IMG/VR virus record: IMGVR_UViG_3300041809_000801
Coordinates: 24,935 to 88,934 of that record
Length of the DNA: 64,000 nucleotides
Source: a virus
Direction: 5' to 3' (one strand)
The position numbers and the translations under genes are program-made. The notes beneath the pieces are model-generated. The model did not search any database, was not told where the DNA came from, and saw only the letters and a list, made by a program, of their open reading frames with translations. Below, in pieces: positions 30,501-39,230 of this stretch (the first letter of the stretch is position 1; each line of letters starts with the position of its first letter).

Positions 30501-31475
30501 TGATTGAAGAAGACCTGAGCCCGAAACCGAAGGGTCGCCACAACCGAAAATGTTGTTTACAAGGCTGAACGGACCGTAGTTACGCTGGAACATGACAGCG
30601 ACGGGAAAGGCATAGGTATAGCCATCCATCGTTCCCATGGAGTTGTTTACATTGCCATCACCCGCACGCCAAATTCCAGTGTCACCGTTGATGGCTCCCA
30701 TGTTGGTGAATTGATAAGTTGAATCGACAATAGGGGCTAGGTTGGTCGCAGTACCTTGACCATACACAATCTCCGTGGGGATAGCGCCGGGGTCTAAACC
30801 AAACTGATACTTTGTAAAATTGTAGGTTAGAGCAACCCGCTGAATGTTGAACCGCCACTGAATCTGAGCACGCTCTGTAGTCAGGAGCCCCGTCCCTGCG
30901 GTTGTAGTTGCAAAGATGTCAACGGAGTCATCCGGCATAGTTTCTGCGTTGGCTTGGTCAGGTGAGGTACAACCATACGGGTAAAAGTAGCGAAGCTGAG
31001 TCACGGGGTCGAGGTAGTAACCCTGTCCCGTCGTCGGGTCGAGAGACTGATACCAAACTTCAAGGAAGATGACGTAAAGACGCGCATCCTCATCAGTGAA
31101 CCCGTTCGCCCAATATACCGGCTTCTGAGCCGTGGAGAGCGTAATACGATTTTGCGTGAGGTCGGCGGAGTTGAACCCGGAGATAGAGACAACCTCTCCA
31201 TTGAACAAGACATCGAAAGCTGGGATGACAAAGGTGTTGGAAACCAGTGGCGTGAATGTCAGTGGAGCATAGGTCAAACACCCGGAAGTTGCTGACTTAT
31301 CTGCGAGAAGAAGATGACGCTTGTAGTCTTGAAGGTCCTGAATCAGGTTTACGTCTGCATCAGAGAGTTCGTGGTCATGTAGTCCCACAATTGTTCGGAG
31401 TGAACGACCGAACGGGTCGAGAGTACGACTTACGACAGAAGGATACTGAAATGAAGCGTCGTCTATATTTGCCAT
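27588..31475 (-). CDS. Tail fibre/tailspike-like protein with C-terminal beta-helix
   Basis: 1295 aa; LSDADVNLIQD N-terminal motif; LYVN..GNDSNDGLS..PKATI.AA motif followed by pectin-lyase-like repeats. Confidence 0.7.
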   Translation of the reverse strand: MANIDDASFQYPSVVSRTLDPFGRSLRTIVGLHDHELSDADVNLIQDLQDYKRHLLLADKSATSGCLTYAPLTFTPLVSNTFVIPAFDVLFNGEVVSISGFNSADLTQNRITLSTAQKPVYWANGFTDEDARLYVIFLEVWYQSLDPTTGQGYYLDPVTQLRYFYPYGCTSPDQANAETMPDDSVDIFATTTAGTGLLTTERAQIQWRFNIQRVALTYNFTKYQFGLDPGAIPTEIVYGQGTATNLAPIVDSTYQFTNMGAINGDTGIWRAGDGNVNNSMGTMDGYTYAFPVAVMFQRNYGPFSLVNNIFGCGDPSVSGSGLLQSTTPGASGVSGRFDGRLADQIFPDDVVDTRQTVTLDAWDLDKIMREGFVDLITGHGRIAIGRGDGYGLKTEGLGSALDYYISVAPTAVPNTNTLSGGWDGFANGFSSDLRTFYVTKQVTTSMKTAWFSSSAQSGPWMQGDAFTFTLPTSSNATIQSVTVQSFNSGIIAKTPINMPVAIYPATDGQFQVNGVGTKSVTLTLIKNLQGTPFDPGSNKMYCTLGVQYPANSGSDLKKTPIAVDGGIVSDATSGKNLPVYGVSEYEIFTNPLAVQAYNVTAYNPEYSNLVFGTRIEILVPGSTGTALGTTMVFIVNRTNLNSTVNGLYPISVVDAATRVPYTISGMLVKGPNCVITLSQLVPSTSTLVMTFLAQDTAQLAYNAPVKGVTEVEETVLFGTYTADSTLPMDSRVVVEVPSSQYDTTCYNATTNLTTIVVAASNAIIKGISGNDSNRLIWILDSTGNLNSTVCSTVNFNSGLATITVIGDVLGTGLVPAKPLNQFMFCGSILPAFTPTSSLTIVERYIPYQGEGVLSRNYEVIHNDDNALVTTNGSGAAPLVGLEDVYPYNREIPIATTLPALVNWSDATLINTPLASLFDSNYVAMRQNNVEHTFEVPLHTNDFIPPMNKDFRKEIQFINAGGGRGFSQATPHVGFAIAPPAPRTVLGQNLQATTAPIVLYVNNGPAGNDSNDGLSLNTPKATITAALDALPPVLRDPCSIQLVDTNVPFSITNLQSTLQEIALGDGDIRSAVYYALGNLAFTIQEAGRLVITAVAGATNPVVIDATGFTGFGNGPTSAFFIDNSRVIFNNITFQGFSNPAIYAIDSDVDFVDCIFTNNLQAGAFSQGCNAIFDRGSITLPDGGTGMVASSSEITASNMNLAVDVGAIPGQFFIGERNSTLNLQAHSATNLEETNVLNTTVVAQVEFNSSVVVTSDFQTNGAAVLSANSTLARTVTINPFLGGVTADSSSNTVTLLS

Positions 31476-31859
31476 CTATTTCCTCTTTAAGCAACCGCAA
31501 CTTTTGGTCTTCCCCGACCGAAGACTACTCCCTGCTACACTGACAACCGTTCCGCAATCGCATCGGCAGTCCCATATCATTGACCGCCCATTCTTTTTCT
31601 TGCCCTTCCAGAGAACCAGCAACCTACCAAACCTTTGATTGACCAAGCTATACTTCTTTTCAGCCTTGGCCTGTTTGAGTTGCAATTGCACACAACCACA
31701 GCTTCTGGTTCGACCCTTCAACAAATCTTCTTGACGGACGTTAGTTCGACCGCCGCAACGGCAGGAGCACACCCATTTTGAACGCCCACCTTCAGTCACT
31801 CGGGTGAGAGCTACTAACAACCCAAACTGTTTACCAGCGAGATTATGTGGTTGCCGCAC
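31476..31859 (-). CDS. Homing-endonuclease-derived DNA-binding protein (two Cys-rich repeats, no nuclease domain)
   Basis: Two copies of a G/N-x-x-FGxL..W-x-C-x-C-x-CG..G-x-T-x-SCGC module and nothing else. Confidence 0.75.
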   Translation of the reverse strand: MRQPHNLAGKQFGLLVALTRVTEGGRSKWVCSCRCGGRTNVRQEDLLKGRTRSCGCVQLQLKQAKAEKKYSLVNQRFGRLLVLWKGKKKNGRSMIWDCRCDCGTVVSVAGSSLRSGKTKSCGCLKRK

Positions 31860-31946
31860 ACTGTATTCCCATGCCCCTACTACTCAGGGGGCAATAGTCG
31901 GAGAACTTCTTTGACTTTCGAAAATCCTTTTGTAGAGAGGAATTTG

Positions 31947-32591
31947 ATGGCAACTGTCCCTTATAATTACATCAATCAGTCCATAGTGGCTTCGTGCTTA
32001 ATCCAGCCCAAGGACATCGACTCCTTCTATAACCCTGTTCTTTTGTCGCACACGGGTTACGCCTCAGATGGCACTCTGTACTCCGCTGGGGTGCAACAGC
32101 CCGGACCTATTTATGCCTCGTGGTACTCAGAATCGCCGGGATCGTATCGAGGGAGTCTCGCCACTTTTCCTCAAACCGGGCTTGTTCTTCTTTCGAACAC
32201 CGCAATGACTATTCTCGATGGGAGCAGCCTTGCTCTAAATCTATGGATGCTCTTTCTACTTCAAAATGTGATAGTCGCCCCCGTGCCGCCGCCACTTTCA
32301 CCGCCGCTATCTCCTCCGTTGTCTCCACCACTTTCACCGCCGCTGTCCCCTCCGCTTTCTCCTCCTGTTTTTGCGGGTGGGTATGCGCTTGTAGACAATT
32401 TCAATAGTGAAGTCAATGGGTGGGTGCCCAGCGGGTTGGCTTACGCAGATGGAGTCGTTTCTGTTATCTTTGCCCCCGATTTTGGCAATGAGAGCAGAAA
32501 TATCACAGGAGACAATTACGACATCGGCTCCAATATGGTTGTTAGCATTGACTTTTCTCAAGATGCGGTGTATCTCGATGTTGCTGTGTAA
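31947..32591 (+). CDS. Hypothetical virion-like protein with (SPPL)n repeat
   Basis: ATG 31947 with GAGAGG RBS; PPPLSPPLSPPLSPPLSPPLSPP. Confidence 0.7.
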   Translation: MATVPYNYINQSIVASCLIQPKDIDSFYNPVLLSHTGYASDGTLYSAGVQQPGPIYASWYSESPGSYRGSLATFPQTGLVLLSNTAMTILDGSSLALNLWMLFLLQNVIVAPVPPPLSPPLSPPLSPPLSPPLSPPLSPPVFAGGYALVDNFNSEVNGWVPSGLAYADGVVSVIFAPDFGNESRNITGDNYDIGSNMVVSIDFSQDAVYLDVAV

Positions 32592-32645
32592 CAAAAATTT
32601 CTCAAAAACTAGCCAAAACCATGGCTAAACGGGTATACTACAGTT

Positions 32646-33680
32646 ATGGACGAGATTCTTTCCACACCCTTTGTTGACGCAGCCATTGCCAATGACCCCC
32701 GACGCCAGATGAAGTTCGAAGAGGGAAAGCAAACTTTGGTGGACGGCATTGCCAGTCATCAGATTTACAATCCCGAATACGTCCAAGCCAAGGATGCCAT
32801 TCGTCGGGCACTGGACGATACCTTCCGCAAGGCGCACGACGCCATCGTTACGGCTCAACGTTTGAATAACTTCGCCGGAACTTATGACTACTGGGATTTC
32901 GGCATGAGTTTCGATTCAGCCTCCGTCCCCAAGCAGTACCGTACTCTGACCAAAAAATTCGATAAGTACACTCCCGGCAAGGTGGCCGAGCCGCATCAGG
33001 TCGGTCTGAACGTCATTTACCGTTACATGGACATCCTCAGTGACGCCGTGAAGATGGTCAACCTTCTCAAAGAAGCAAAACCTTTCATCATCAAAGGCCG
33101 CAAACCTCCGGTTCTAACCGAGGCACAGCGAGTGCAGCAAGAGGCCGACCTGAAAAACACAGGCATCTGCCCAGTTTGCATGAGGCGGCAGAAGCTGACC
33201 TTTGAGAGCACACTGGTGGCTCACGGATACACTATCCCTCGCGGATGGGGTGGTCGGAATGGAATGTGCGTCGGTCGTGGACATCAAGCGTGGGAACTCT
33301 CTCCTGAGGGGGCTGTAGCCTACAAAGAGATGCTGGAAAAGTATCTTGTGGATTTGAAAAAGCTGCTAGTCAACTTGCAAGACAGCAAGTCCCCCACTCT
33401 CTCGGAGATGGTTCAAGTACGTAAGCCGAAGACTGTTGGCGGGTTTACATCGCTACAGTATCAGAATGAGCAGCGTACCTACGACAAGGGCACGCCTGAG
33501 TATGACCGTGTACGGCGCACGGAACTTCGCAAAACCGAAATCGCCATCGAGGGCATCAAGGCCGAAATTGAAGCGGTCAGCGGACGCATTGCCAATTGGA
33601 AGGCGGAGCCGCTGAAATACGGCGGTGCCGAAACTCAGGAACGTTGGCAGTCCCGATTACTTAAGAAAACCGATAAATAA
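32646..33680 (+). CDS. Hypothetical (probably early) protein with Zn-finger-like motif
   Basis: GICPVC...VAHGY...CVG; TATACT 6 nt upstream of ATG and no SD. Confidence 0.75.
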   Translation: MDEILSTPFVDAAIANDPRRQMKFEEGKQTLVDGIASHQIYNPEYVQAKDAIRRALDDTFRKAHDAIVTAQRLNNFAGTYDYWDFGMSFDSASVPKQYRTLTKKFDKYTPGKVAEPHQVGLNVIYRYMDILSDAVKMVNLLKEAKPFIIKGRKPPVLTEAQRVQQEADLKNTGICPVCMRRQKLTFESTLVAHGYTIPRGWGGRNGMCVGRGHQAWELSPEGAVAYKEMLEKYLVDLKKLLVNLQDSKSPTLSEMVQVRKPKTVGGFTSLQYQNEQRTYDKGTPEYDRVRRTELRKTEIAIEGIKAEIEAVSGRIANWKAEPLKYGGAETQERWQSRLLKKTDK

Positions 33681-33749
33681 CGGCAAAAACGCAGTTCGCA
33701 AAAAAGCAGCCTGAAACAAAACCTCTACCAAACTCTTGGTAGAGGCTCC

Positions 33750-34265
33750 ATGGCTGACTTTCAAACCTGCTACAAATTCATGCTACCGAACGAAGACGCG
33801 GTTCCGACGTACGCGGTCGCGCCTGACCCGCCTCCCGGTGCGTATGCTATCAGCGGGATTAACAGCTTCTCGTTCCCCACACAATATGCTGCCATCGCTG
33901 CAATTCCACAGGCTGAACGCGGTCCAGCGGTGATGCAGTTCTATCTGACAACCTTCTGGAATCAGTGGCTCGAACAACTGACCTCGGATGCGGTCGCAAT
34001 GAGGGTCTTCGATGCTAGTGTCAATATGGGAGTGAAGGAAGCGATTGTTCTTCTGCAACAGGCGGTGAATTCTCTCTCCACTACACCCCTTGTTGTAGAC
34101 GGTAAGATAGGACCAAAAACTGTAGCTGCTGCGAATGCCTGTGTAGACACGAGTCTCGTATCTGCGTTTCAACATGCCAGAGTCAGTTATTACGAAGAGA
34201 TTGTCGCCAAGAATCCTGCGGATGCAATCTACCTAAAAGGCTGGACGGCTAGAGCCCTCAAATAG
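33750..34265 (+). CDS. Endolysin, glycoside hydrolase family 108 with PG_binding_3 domain
   Basis: FY..FW, VFDASVNMG..A..LLQ.A, VDGKIGPKTVAAAN, YLKGWTARA. Confidence 0.85.
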   Translation: MADFQTCYKFMLPNEDAVPTYAVAPDPPPGAYAISGINSFSFPTQYAAIAAIPQAERGPAVMQFYLTTFWNQWLEQLTSDAVAMRVFDASVNMGVKEAIVLLQQAVNSLSTTPLVVDGKIGPKTVAAANACVDTSLVSAFQHARVSYYEEIVAKNPADAIYLKGWTARALK

Positions 34266-34267
34266 GA

Positions 34268-34624
34268 CTAACGCTGCTTGTGGTTTCTCTTCTCTTCAGC
34301 TTCACGTGCGGAAATCCAACTGGTTTTACATTCATCGAGCCATGAGCCCGACTGAATTTCTGCGTGACTTAAACGATGTCGGAGAGTCCACCACTCCAGA
34401 CCTGTCGCATCCCTATCGAAAATATTCTTCAAGCCGTCGTTGAGTATTTCAATGGCGTTGCAGCAACTGGAATAGTTCCCGTTGGCTGAGTCACGCAAAT
34501 AGTCCATCGCATGAACTACCATTATCATCAGTCGCACACGGTCGGATAGGTTGGGCAACAACCTCTCAATGGTTTCTTGAGGCCACTGTTCGTTGTATAG
34601 GCTAGAAGAGTTCAAGGTAGGCAA
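34268..34624 (-). CDS. Hypothetical protein
   Basis: In-frame TTG at 34624 with AAGGA RBS; end of small minus-strand operon. Confidence 0.55.
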   Translation of the reverse strand: MPTLNSSSLYNEQWPQETIERLLPNLSDRVRLMIMVVHAMDYLRDSANGNYSSCCNAIEILNDGLKNIFDRDATGLEWWTLRHRLSHAEIQSGSWLDECKTSWISAREAEEKRNHKQR

Positions 34625-34808
34625 AGTCCTTTTTATTGCGGAATCTCTCCATCCACAGAACATACGGGATTACAGACGCGACGAAGCCAAGAGCCCAAAG
34701 CAGAGCAAGAATATTGCGGCGGAACCACCCACCCTCATTACAGTAGTGGGCAGAGTAGAAGCACAGCCGGATACACCCTTCCCATAGATTGTAACGCCCA
34801 TTCTTCAC
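34602..34808 (-). CDS. Small membrane protein
   Basis: 68 aa with hydrophobic stretch ILALLWALGFVASVIPYVLW; overlaps upstream stop. Confidence 0.5.
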   Translation of the reverse strand: MKNGRYNLWEGCIRLCFYSAHYCNEGGWFRRNILALLWALGFVASVIPYVLWMERFRNKKDFAYLELF

Positions 34809-35041
34809 TGTGGTGCAATCTCGATGGAGTAATGTTTACGTTTGCTCTCTCGTCTCTGCTCTCCTTCAATCTCAAGAAGGAGAGAGTTGTCTTGAGGAAT
34901 GAATAGCCAATCGACATTAGTATAGTTGGAGAGCACCAACCCCATCTCTTGTGGAGTGAGCCCAACCAAAGAATGACAGAGAGGGTTAATCTCGGCATCT
35001 CTCAACGCTGTCGGTATTTCATTCATTTCATCAAACATCAA
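34805..35041 (-). CDS. Hypothetical protein
   Basis: 78 aa, GGAGG RBS, coupled to neighbours. Confidence 0.6.
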   Translation of the reverse strand: MMFDEMNEIPTALRDAEINPLCHSLVGLTPQEMGLVLSNYTNVDWLFIPQDNSLLLEIEGEQRRESKRKHYSIEIAPQ

Positions 35042-35271
35042 ACCTCCGGGTGTGTGCCCATCCCATCAGAGATGGGACCAACCTCAGTTGCCTTGATTTT
35101 AGCGACCTGTGCCTCATCCACCGTTTGGACACTCTTGAGTGCTTGATTGAATTGATAAACAGCGAGAGCCTCTTCCGGGTCTATCCCATTACTGGTGTAC
35201 GCCCGGAAGATGTGCTGGAGATAGCCAAACAGGTCGTCCTGCAAAATCAAAACCTTCATCATAAACCTCAA
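35038..35271 (-). CDS. Hypothetical protein
   Basis: 77 aa, coupled to neighbours. Confidence 0.6.
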   Translation of the reverse strand: MRFMMKVLILQDDLFGYLQHIFRAYTSNGIDPEEALAVYQFNQALKSVQTVDEAQVAKIKATEVGPISDGMGTHPEV

Positions 35272-35912
35272 TCCCCTAATACTCCCTTAAATGGGGAATT
35301 CAACATAGAAATGTTGACAGCGTAGTAGTCTGACCTGCGCCCCCACAAAATGGCTTGTCGGGCATCAGTGAAAAAGACATCCACTACTGGTCGTGTTTCG
35401 GCTGGCGACGTGAGGTCAACAAATCGAGCAATAGTCTGACGGTGACTCCTCTTGTGAATGAGAACGAGGTAATCATTCATCCGAGCGTGAAGCTTGGCTG
35501 CTGCGGTCGGCGACAAGGCCACATTCACCACCCTATCTTCTGGTAGTGTGTGCTGCGGGACCGAGTATGCATGAGTAACGCTCTTCCCGTCAGCAAAAAC
35601 TGCTGACTGAGACGACCGTGTGTAGGCGGTTACCTGCACTGCTGTTTTGTATTTTTCGAGGAATCCGAGTTGTCTTTCAGCAACCGCGAGGCGGATTTGG
35701 ATTTGCTTTAACTCAGTTTGTGAAGACGAAAGTTGGTTGGTTTTTTCGTTCAGTTGACGGGCAAGTGCGTGGTTCTGCTCATGCAGAATTCCAATGGTCG
35801 CACCAAAGGCGAGGGCAATGAGTAGTGCTACTCCTAGCTTGAACTTTTTCATAGCGAGTTTGGTAAGGTGTTGCTTCCCGAACGCTCGTATTGCTCCTTT
35901 CGCCGAAGTCAT
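35268..35912 (-). CDS. Membrane-anchored 3D-domain (lytic transglycosylase-like) protein
   Basis: N-terminal TM, coiled coil, VQVTAY...VALSP...VDVFF..A..WGRR; exact start uncertain. Confidence 0.65.
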   Translation of the reverse strand: MTSAKGAIRAFGKQHLTKLAMKKFKLGVALLIALAFGATIGILHEQNHALARQLNEKTNQLSSSQTELKQIQIRLAVAERQLGFLEKYKTAVQVTAYTRSSQSAVFADGKSVTHAYSVPQHTLPEDRVVNVALSPTAAAKLHARMNDYLVLIHKRSHRQTIARFVDLTSPAETRPVVDVFFTDARQAILWGRRSDYYAVNISMLNSPFKGVLGD

Positions 35913-36039
35913 TCTAATAGAATACCTCAACGGCGTGGTTTTTGGTATAAAAAAATGTTAAGGTTTTTGGTTTCAGTTAGTTAACTGAGCCACGTAAAAA
36001 GCATTGCATACCTATAGTTTGGTATTGTGGAAACTCGAC

Positions 36040-39000
36040 CTAGAAAGTACCGAGGTTCGTCAGATTCGGAATGTGCGGCTCGTAAACGAACTGGTTAGAA
36101 CTGATTGCTCGACCGACGATGACTGTCCACTGACACGGAGGCAATGGGGGCGACAGGGGTGGTGAGAGTGGAGGGGATAGTGGGGGTGACAGGGGTGGTG
36201 AGAGCGGTGCGGAACCGTTAATCAGAAGCGCGTAGTTTTGCGTGAGCACGCCACCCGGTCCAGCATAGATGAGCCCACCTGTAGTGAAGTTGGCACCATC
36301 ATACTCATACACACCACCAAAATATGTAGCCACAATAATGCTCTCTCCCGCGACTGCCGAAGAAAGCGCAACGCCTGTAACAATGGGATAGATGGGGTCA
36401 CCATAGCCATCTGTTTGAACAGTAGTTGGGTCGATGGCTGACACATTACCATCGGGAGAGACTGCCACGGCTGTGAGCGGACCAATCGTGGAATCTGCGA
36501 TGAAGGTACGAGTGGAACTCGTGCCAGTGTTGGAAGGAACACCGCCGCTTGAACTGGGCGTAGTGGTATCAGTGAGAGTGGCTGCAACATAGCTCCCAAC
36601 AACAATGTTTTGAGACACTGAGAGATTATGTGTGGCCACGACTGTCATGACATCCCCGACATTGAAATATGGGGCGAGAGATATTTGGAGCGAGGTTGGA
36701 CCGGATTGAGTTCCATCGGTGGAGGATGTGGCAAGCACCGTGCCATTCAAGAACACTGTACCAGTACGAACCCCGGCGAGACCCGTGTCCCAGTTCAATA
36801 GAACAGTCACAGCGTAATTACCTGCTGTCTGAATTGTGAACGTGTTGGGACTTGTGACGTTCCCACTCATGTCGAAATCAACTTGGTCAAAAGATACTTG
36901 GAGCCCTGTCAATCCGGGAGGGACTACGTTTATAGCCGAAACAACTTCTACCTTGAAGCCAACGTTTTGAAAAGTCTTAATGATGGACTGGCTCTGCTGA
37001 ATCGAATTTTGAATAGCATTGCTGACCGTTGAGGCCATCTGAAGAGTCGCCGCGTAGCTCAGGTTAGTGCGAAGCATAGCAAGCTGCGTCGGGATAGGAA
37101 GTTGCTGAATATCGGGACGGTTCAGATAGGTGGCGGGATCAAAAGAAATACCATCCCAACCATTCTCAACACCGGGACCAAGAGTGGTGGTGTAGCTGAC
37201 AACAGGTACTTCTGGAATCGTAAGCAGGTCGCTTCCCGGCAACCAATTGCGATTGCGTGTAGCTGCATCGGATTGAATCTGGTTGTAAATTGCCAGACTG
37301 CCTAAGGGGTCAATAGCCGAATCCAAAGCAGCCGAATAGGTAACAACAAACGAGATGAGATACGGGTCTTGCAGCAACAACGCTTGAAGGTTCGCATTGA
37401 ATGTCCGCCAAAACTGCGTGAAGCGGTCAACCTCTGTGGCAACAGCGAACTGATTGAAGATGTACTTGAACTGCGGACGGTTCGTGGTGTAATTGGGGGT
37501 GTTCTGAATGTTGATACTTGCGATGTCAATGACTTCTTGCAACACAGCACCGATAGCAGAGGGGAATGTGCAGTCAACCGGGTACTCGGCAGTAGTGGCT
37601 CCAAGTGTAACCGTGCTTGTGACCGTTGCAGCAACCGCTGTTGCCTTGTAGTCCAAATCAGTTCCAGTAAATCCCGACACATAGTTCCCACTCGCATACG
37701 CATCCCATGTCGTGTTGCGGGTGTAACCAAGAAGACTAGCCTCAATGTATGACAGCATCCAAAGAAGATTTCCCCTTACGAAAGGAGAAGCCCCCGTGAG
37801 TGTCACCAAAAGAGGAATGGCGTGTGGAGCATCATTTACTGTAGTGCTTGGCAAAACGCAGTTCCAAGGCACCGGATTATCCGCCAAGTAAGTAAGCGAC
37901 GGTGTAATGTATGTTGTATAAGCTGTCTGAAAACTAGTCAACCAATTACCAGCGCGACCGATGCGATTGAGGTTCAAATAGAACAGCCACTCTGCCGTGA
38001 GATTGGGATCAAAATTGGATGCAACAATCTGCCCGAGATTGACAAACTCCACCAGCGTCCTCTGCAAGTCCGTGGGGTCTGTAACATAACGAGTTTGGGG
38101 CACCACGCAGACGATGTTGTCTTGATACGTGGTAGAAGGCATCTGATAGTTGGAGATAATCGTAGAGGGGTCAGGCACTGAGCCCAACATCGAACTATTC
38201 ACATTGAACGGCGTAGCGTCGTTGTATGCTTCATCTGCTGGAGAGAGATAATTGGGTGTCGCAATAGTTCCCTGCATCAAAGATACATAAGCCGGGTCAG
38301 CAAGGTTCTGCCCTGTCGGGGAAATCGTCCCACTCAACGGCGGGGCAATCAAAGTTGTGCCAAGGGTCAACCCGCTATATGTTGTAATGCTTGCTGGTGG
38401 TGTCTGAGACGTAGGGCCTGTAGTGGCTCCAGTGCTTGTACTAGGCGGGGACGGGCTTATGAAAATACAGTTGCTGAACTGAAAGTTGGACAACAAAGAA
38501 GGAATGGCGTTCAGGTTGCTGAGTGACCCCAAGCTTTTAATCGTGTTGAGAAGAATGTTGAAAGAAGTCAGAGGAGCAAAGACGACCCCATTCCAATGCC
38601 AGATCGTATCCTTAAACTGCGACCCGAGATAATTTGGAAGTGAGGCAAGCGAAGGCAAATGCCAATTACAAATTTGCTGTAGAAGATTTGCCAATGAGTT
38701 GAGATTCTGAGACACCAAACTCAACATACTCGACTCTATGCCCTTAAGTATAGCGATGTTCTGGTTTACCGCCAGAATGAGATTGGTGATTTCATTCTGG
38801 AATGTGTTGATGTCTCTGATGATTGTGCCGGAGTCGATGGCGTACTTGATAGCTCTAGCAGGATTCGACAACTGCCCGTTTACCGCGAGAGAGTTCATGC
38901 GAGTGTGGGTAAGAATTTGCCGCATGAGTTCTTTTTGTTTCTGAGCCAGCCAGTGTTGTGCGTCTGCGATATTCCGCTCAACGAAACGACCTTGCTCCAT

Positions 39001-39126
39001 CGCTTGATGGTAGAACTGTTCAATCTCAGGGTCACCGAGCGGGTTTAGACGCTGCACCGCGCCCTTGGCTTTTATAGGCCAAAGTTCGGCGGCTTGCAAA
39101 CTCGGTGGTAGACCTGTGCTCGACAT
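36040..39126 (-). CDS. Large virion protein with C-terminal (SPPL)n repeat
   Basis: 1028 aa in tail/baseplate operon; C1q-like FTIQTAGNYAV segment. Confidence 0.7.
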   Translation of the reverse strand: MSSTGLPPSLQAAELWPIKAKGAVQRLNPLGDPEIEQFYHQAMEQGRFVERNIADAQHWLAQKQKELMRQILTHTRMNSLAVNGQLSNPARAIKYAIDSGTIIRDINTFQNEITNLILAVNQNIAILKGIESSMLSLVSQNLNSLANLLQQICNWHLPSLASLPNYLGSQFKDTIWHWNGVVFAPLTSFNILLNTIKSLGSLSNLNAIPSLLSNFQFSNCIFISPSPPSTSTGATTGPTSQTPPASITTYSGLTLGTTLIAPPLSGTISPTGQNLADPAYVSLMQGTIATPNYLSPADEAYNDATPFNVNSSMLGSVPDPSTIISNYQMPSTTYQDNIVCVVPQTRYVTDPTDLQRTLVEFVNLGQIVASNFDPNLTAEWLFYLNLNRIGRAGNWLTSFQTAYTTYITPSLTYLADNPVPWNCVLPSTTVNDAPHAIPLLVTLTGASPFVRGNLLWMLSYIEASLLGYTRNTTWDAYASGNYVSGFTGTDLDYKATAVAATVTSTVTLGATTAEYPVDCTFPSAIGAVLQEVIDIASINIQNTPNYTTNRPQFKYIFNQFAVATEVDRFTQFWRTFNANLQALLLQDPYLISFVVTYSAALDSAIDPLGSLAIYNQIQSDAATRNRNWLPGSDLLTIPEVPVVSYTTTLGPGVENGWDGISFDPATYLNRPDIQQLPIPTQLAMLRTNLSYAATLQMASTVSNAIQNSIQQSQSIIKTFQNVGFKVEVVSAINVVPPGLTGLQVSFDQVDFDMSGNVTSPNTFTIQTAGNYAVTVLLNWDTGLAGVRTGTVFLNGTVLATSSTDGTQSGPTSLQISLAPYFNVGDVMTVVATHNLSVSQNIVVGSYVAATLTDTTTPSSSGGVPSNTGTSSTRTFIADSTIGPLTAVAVSPDGNVSAIDPTTVQTDGYGDPIYPIVTGVALSSAVAGESIIVATYFGGVYEYDGANFTTGGLIYAGPGGVLTQNYALLINGSAPLSPPLSPPLSPPLSPPLSPPLPPCQWTVIVGRAISSNQFVYEPHIPNLTNLGTF

Positions 39127-39230
39127 TATTGGTTGTCCTTCTCCTGCCCCGGCTTGAGATTACGCACCGCCAGTATCACCGGCAGCACTGCCATCAAAAA
39201 GAATCCCACGATTGCAAGCAAGTCTCTCAT
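39126..39230 (-). CDS. 34-aa single-TM protein (not in ORF track)
   Basis: MRDLLAIVGFFLMAVLPVILAVRNLKPGQEKDNQ; TAATG overlaps at both ends fill the gap exactly. Confidence 0.7.
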   Translation of the reverse strand: MRDLLAIVGFFLMAVLPVILAVRNLKPGQEKDNQ

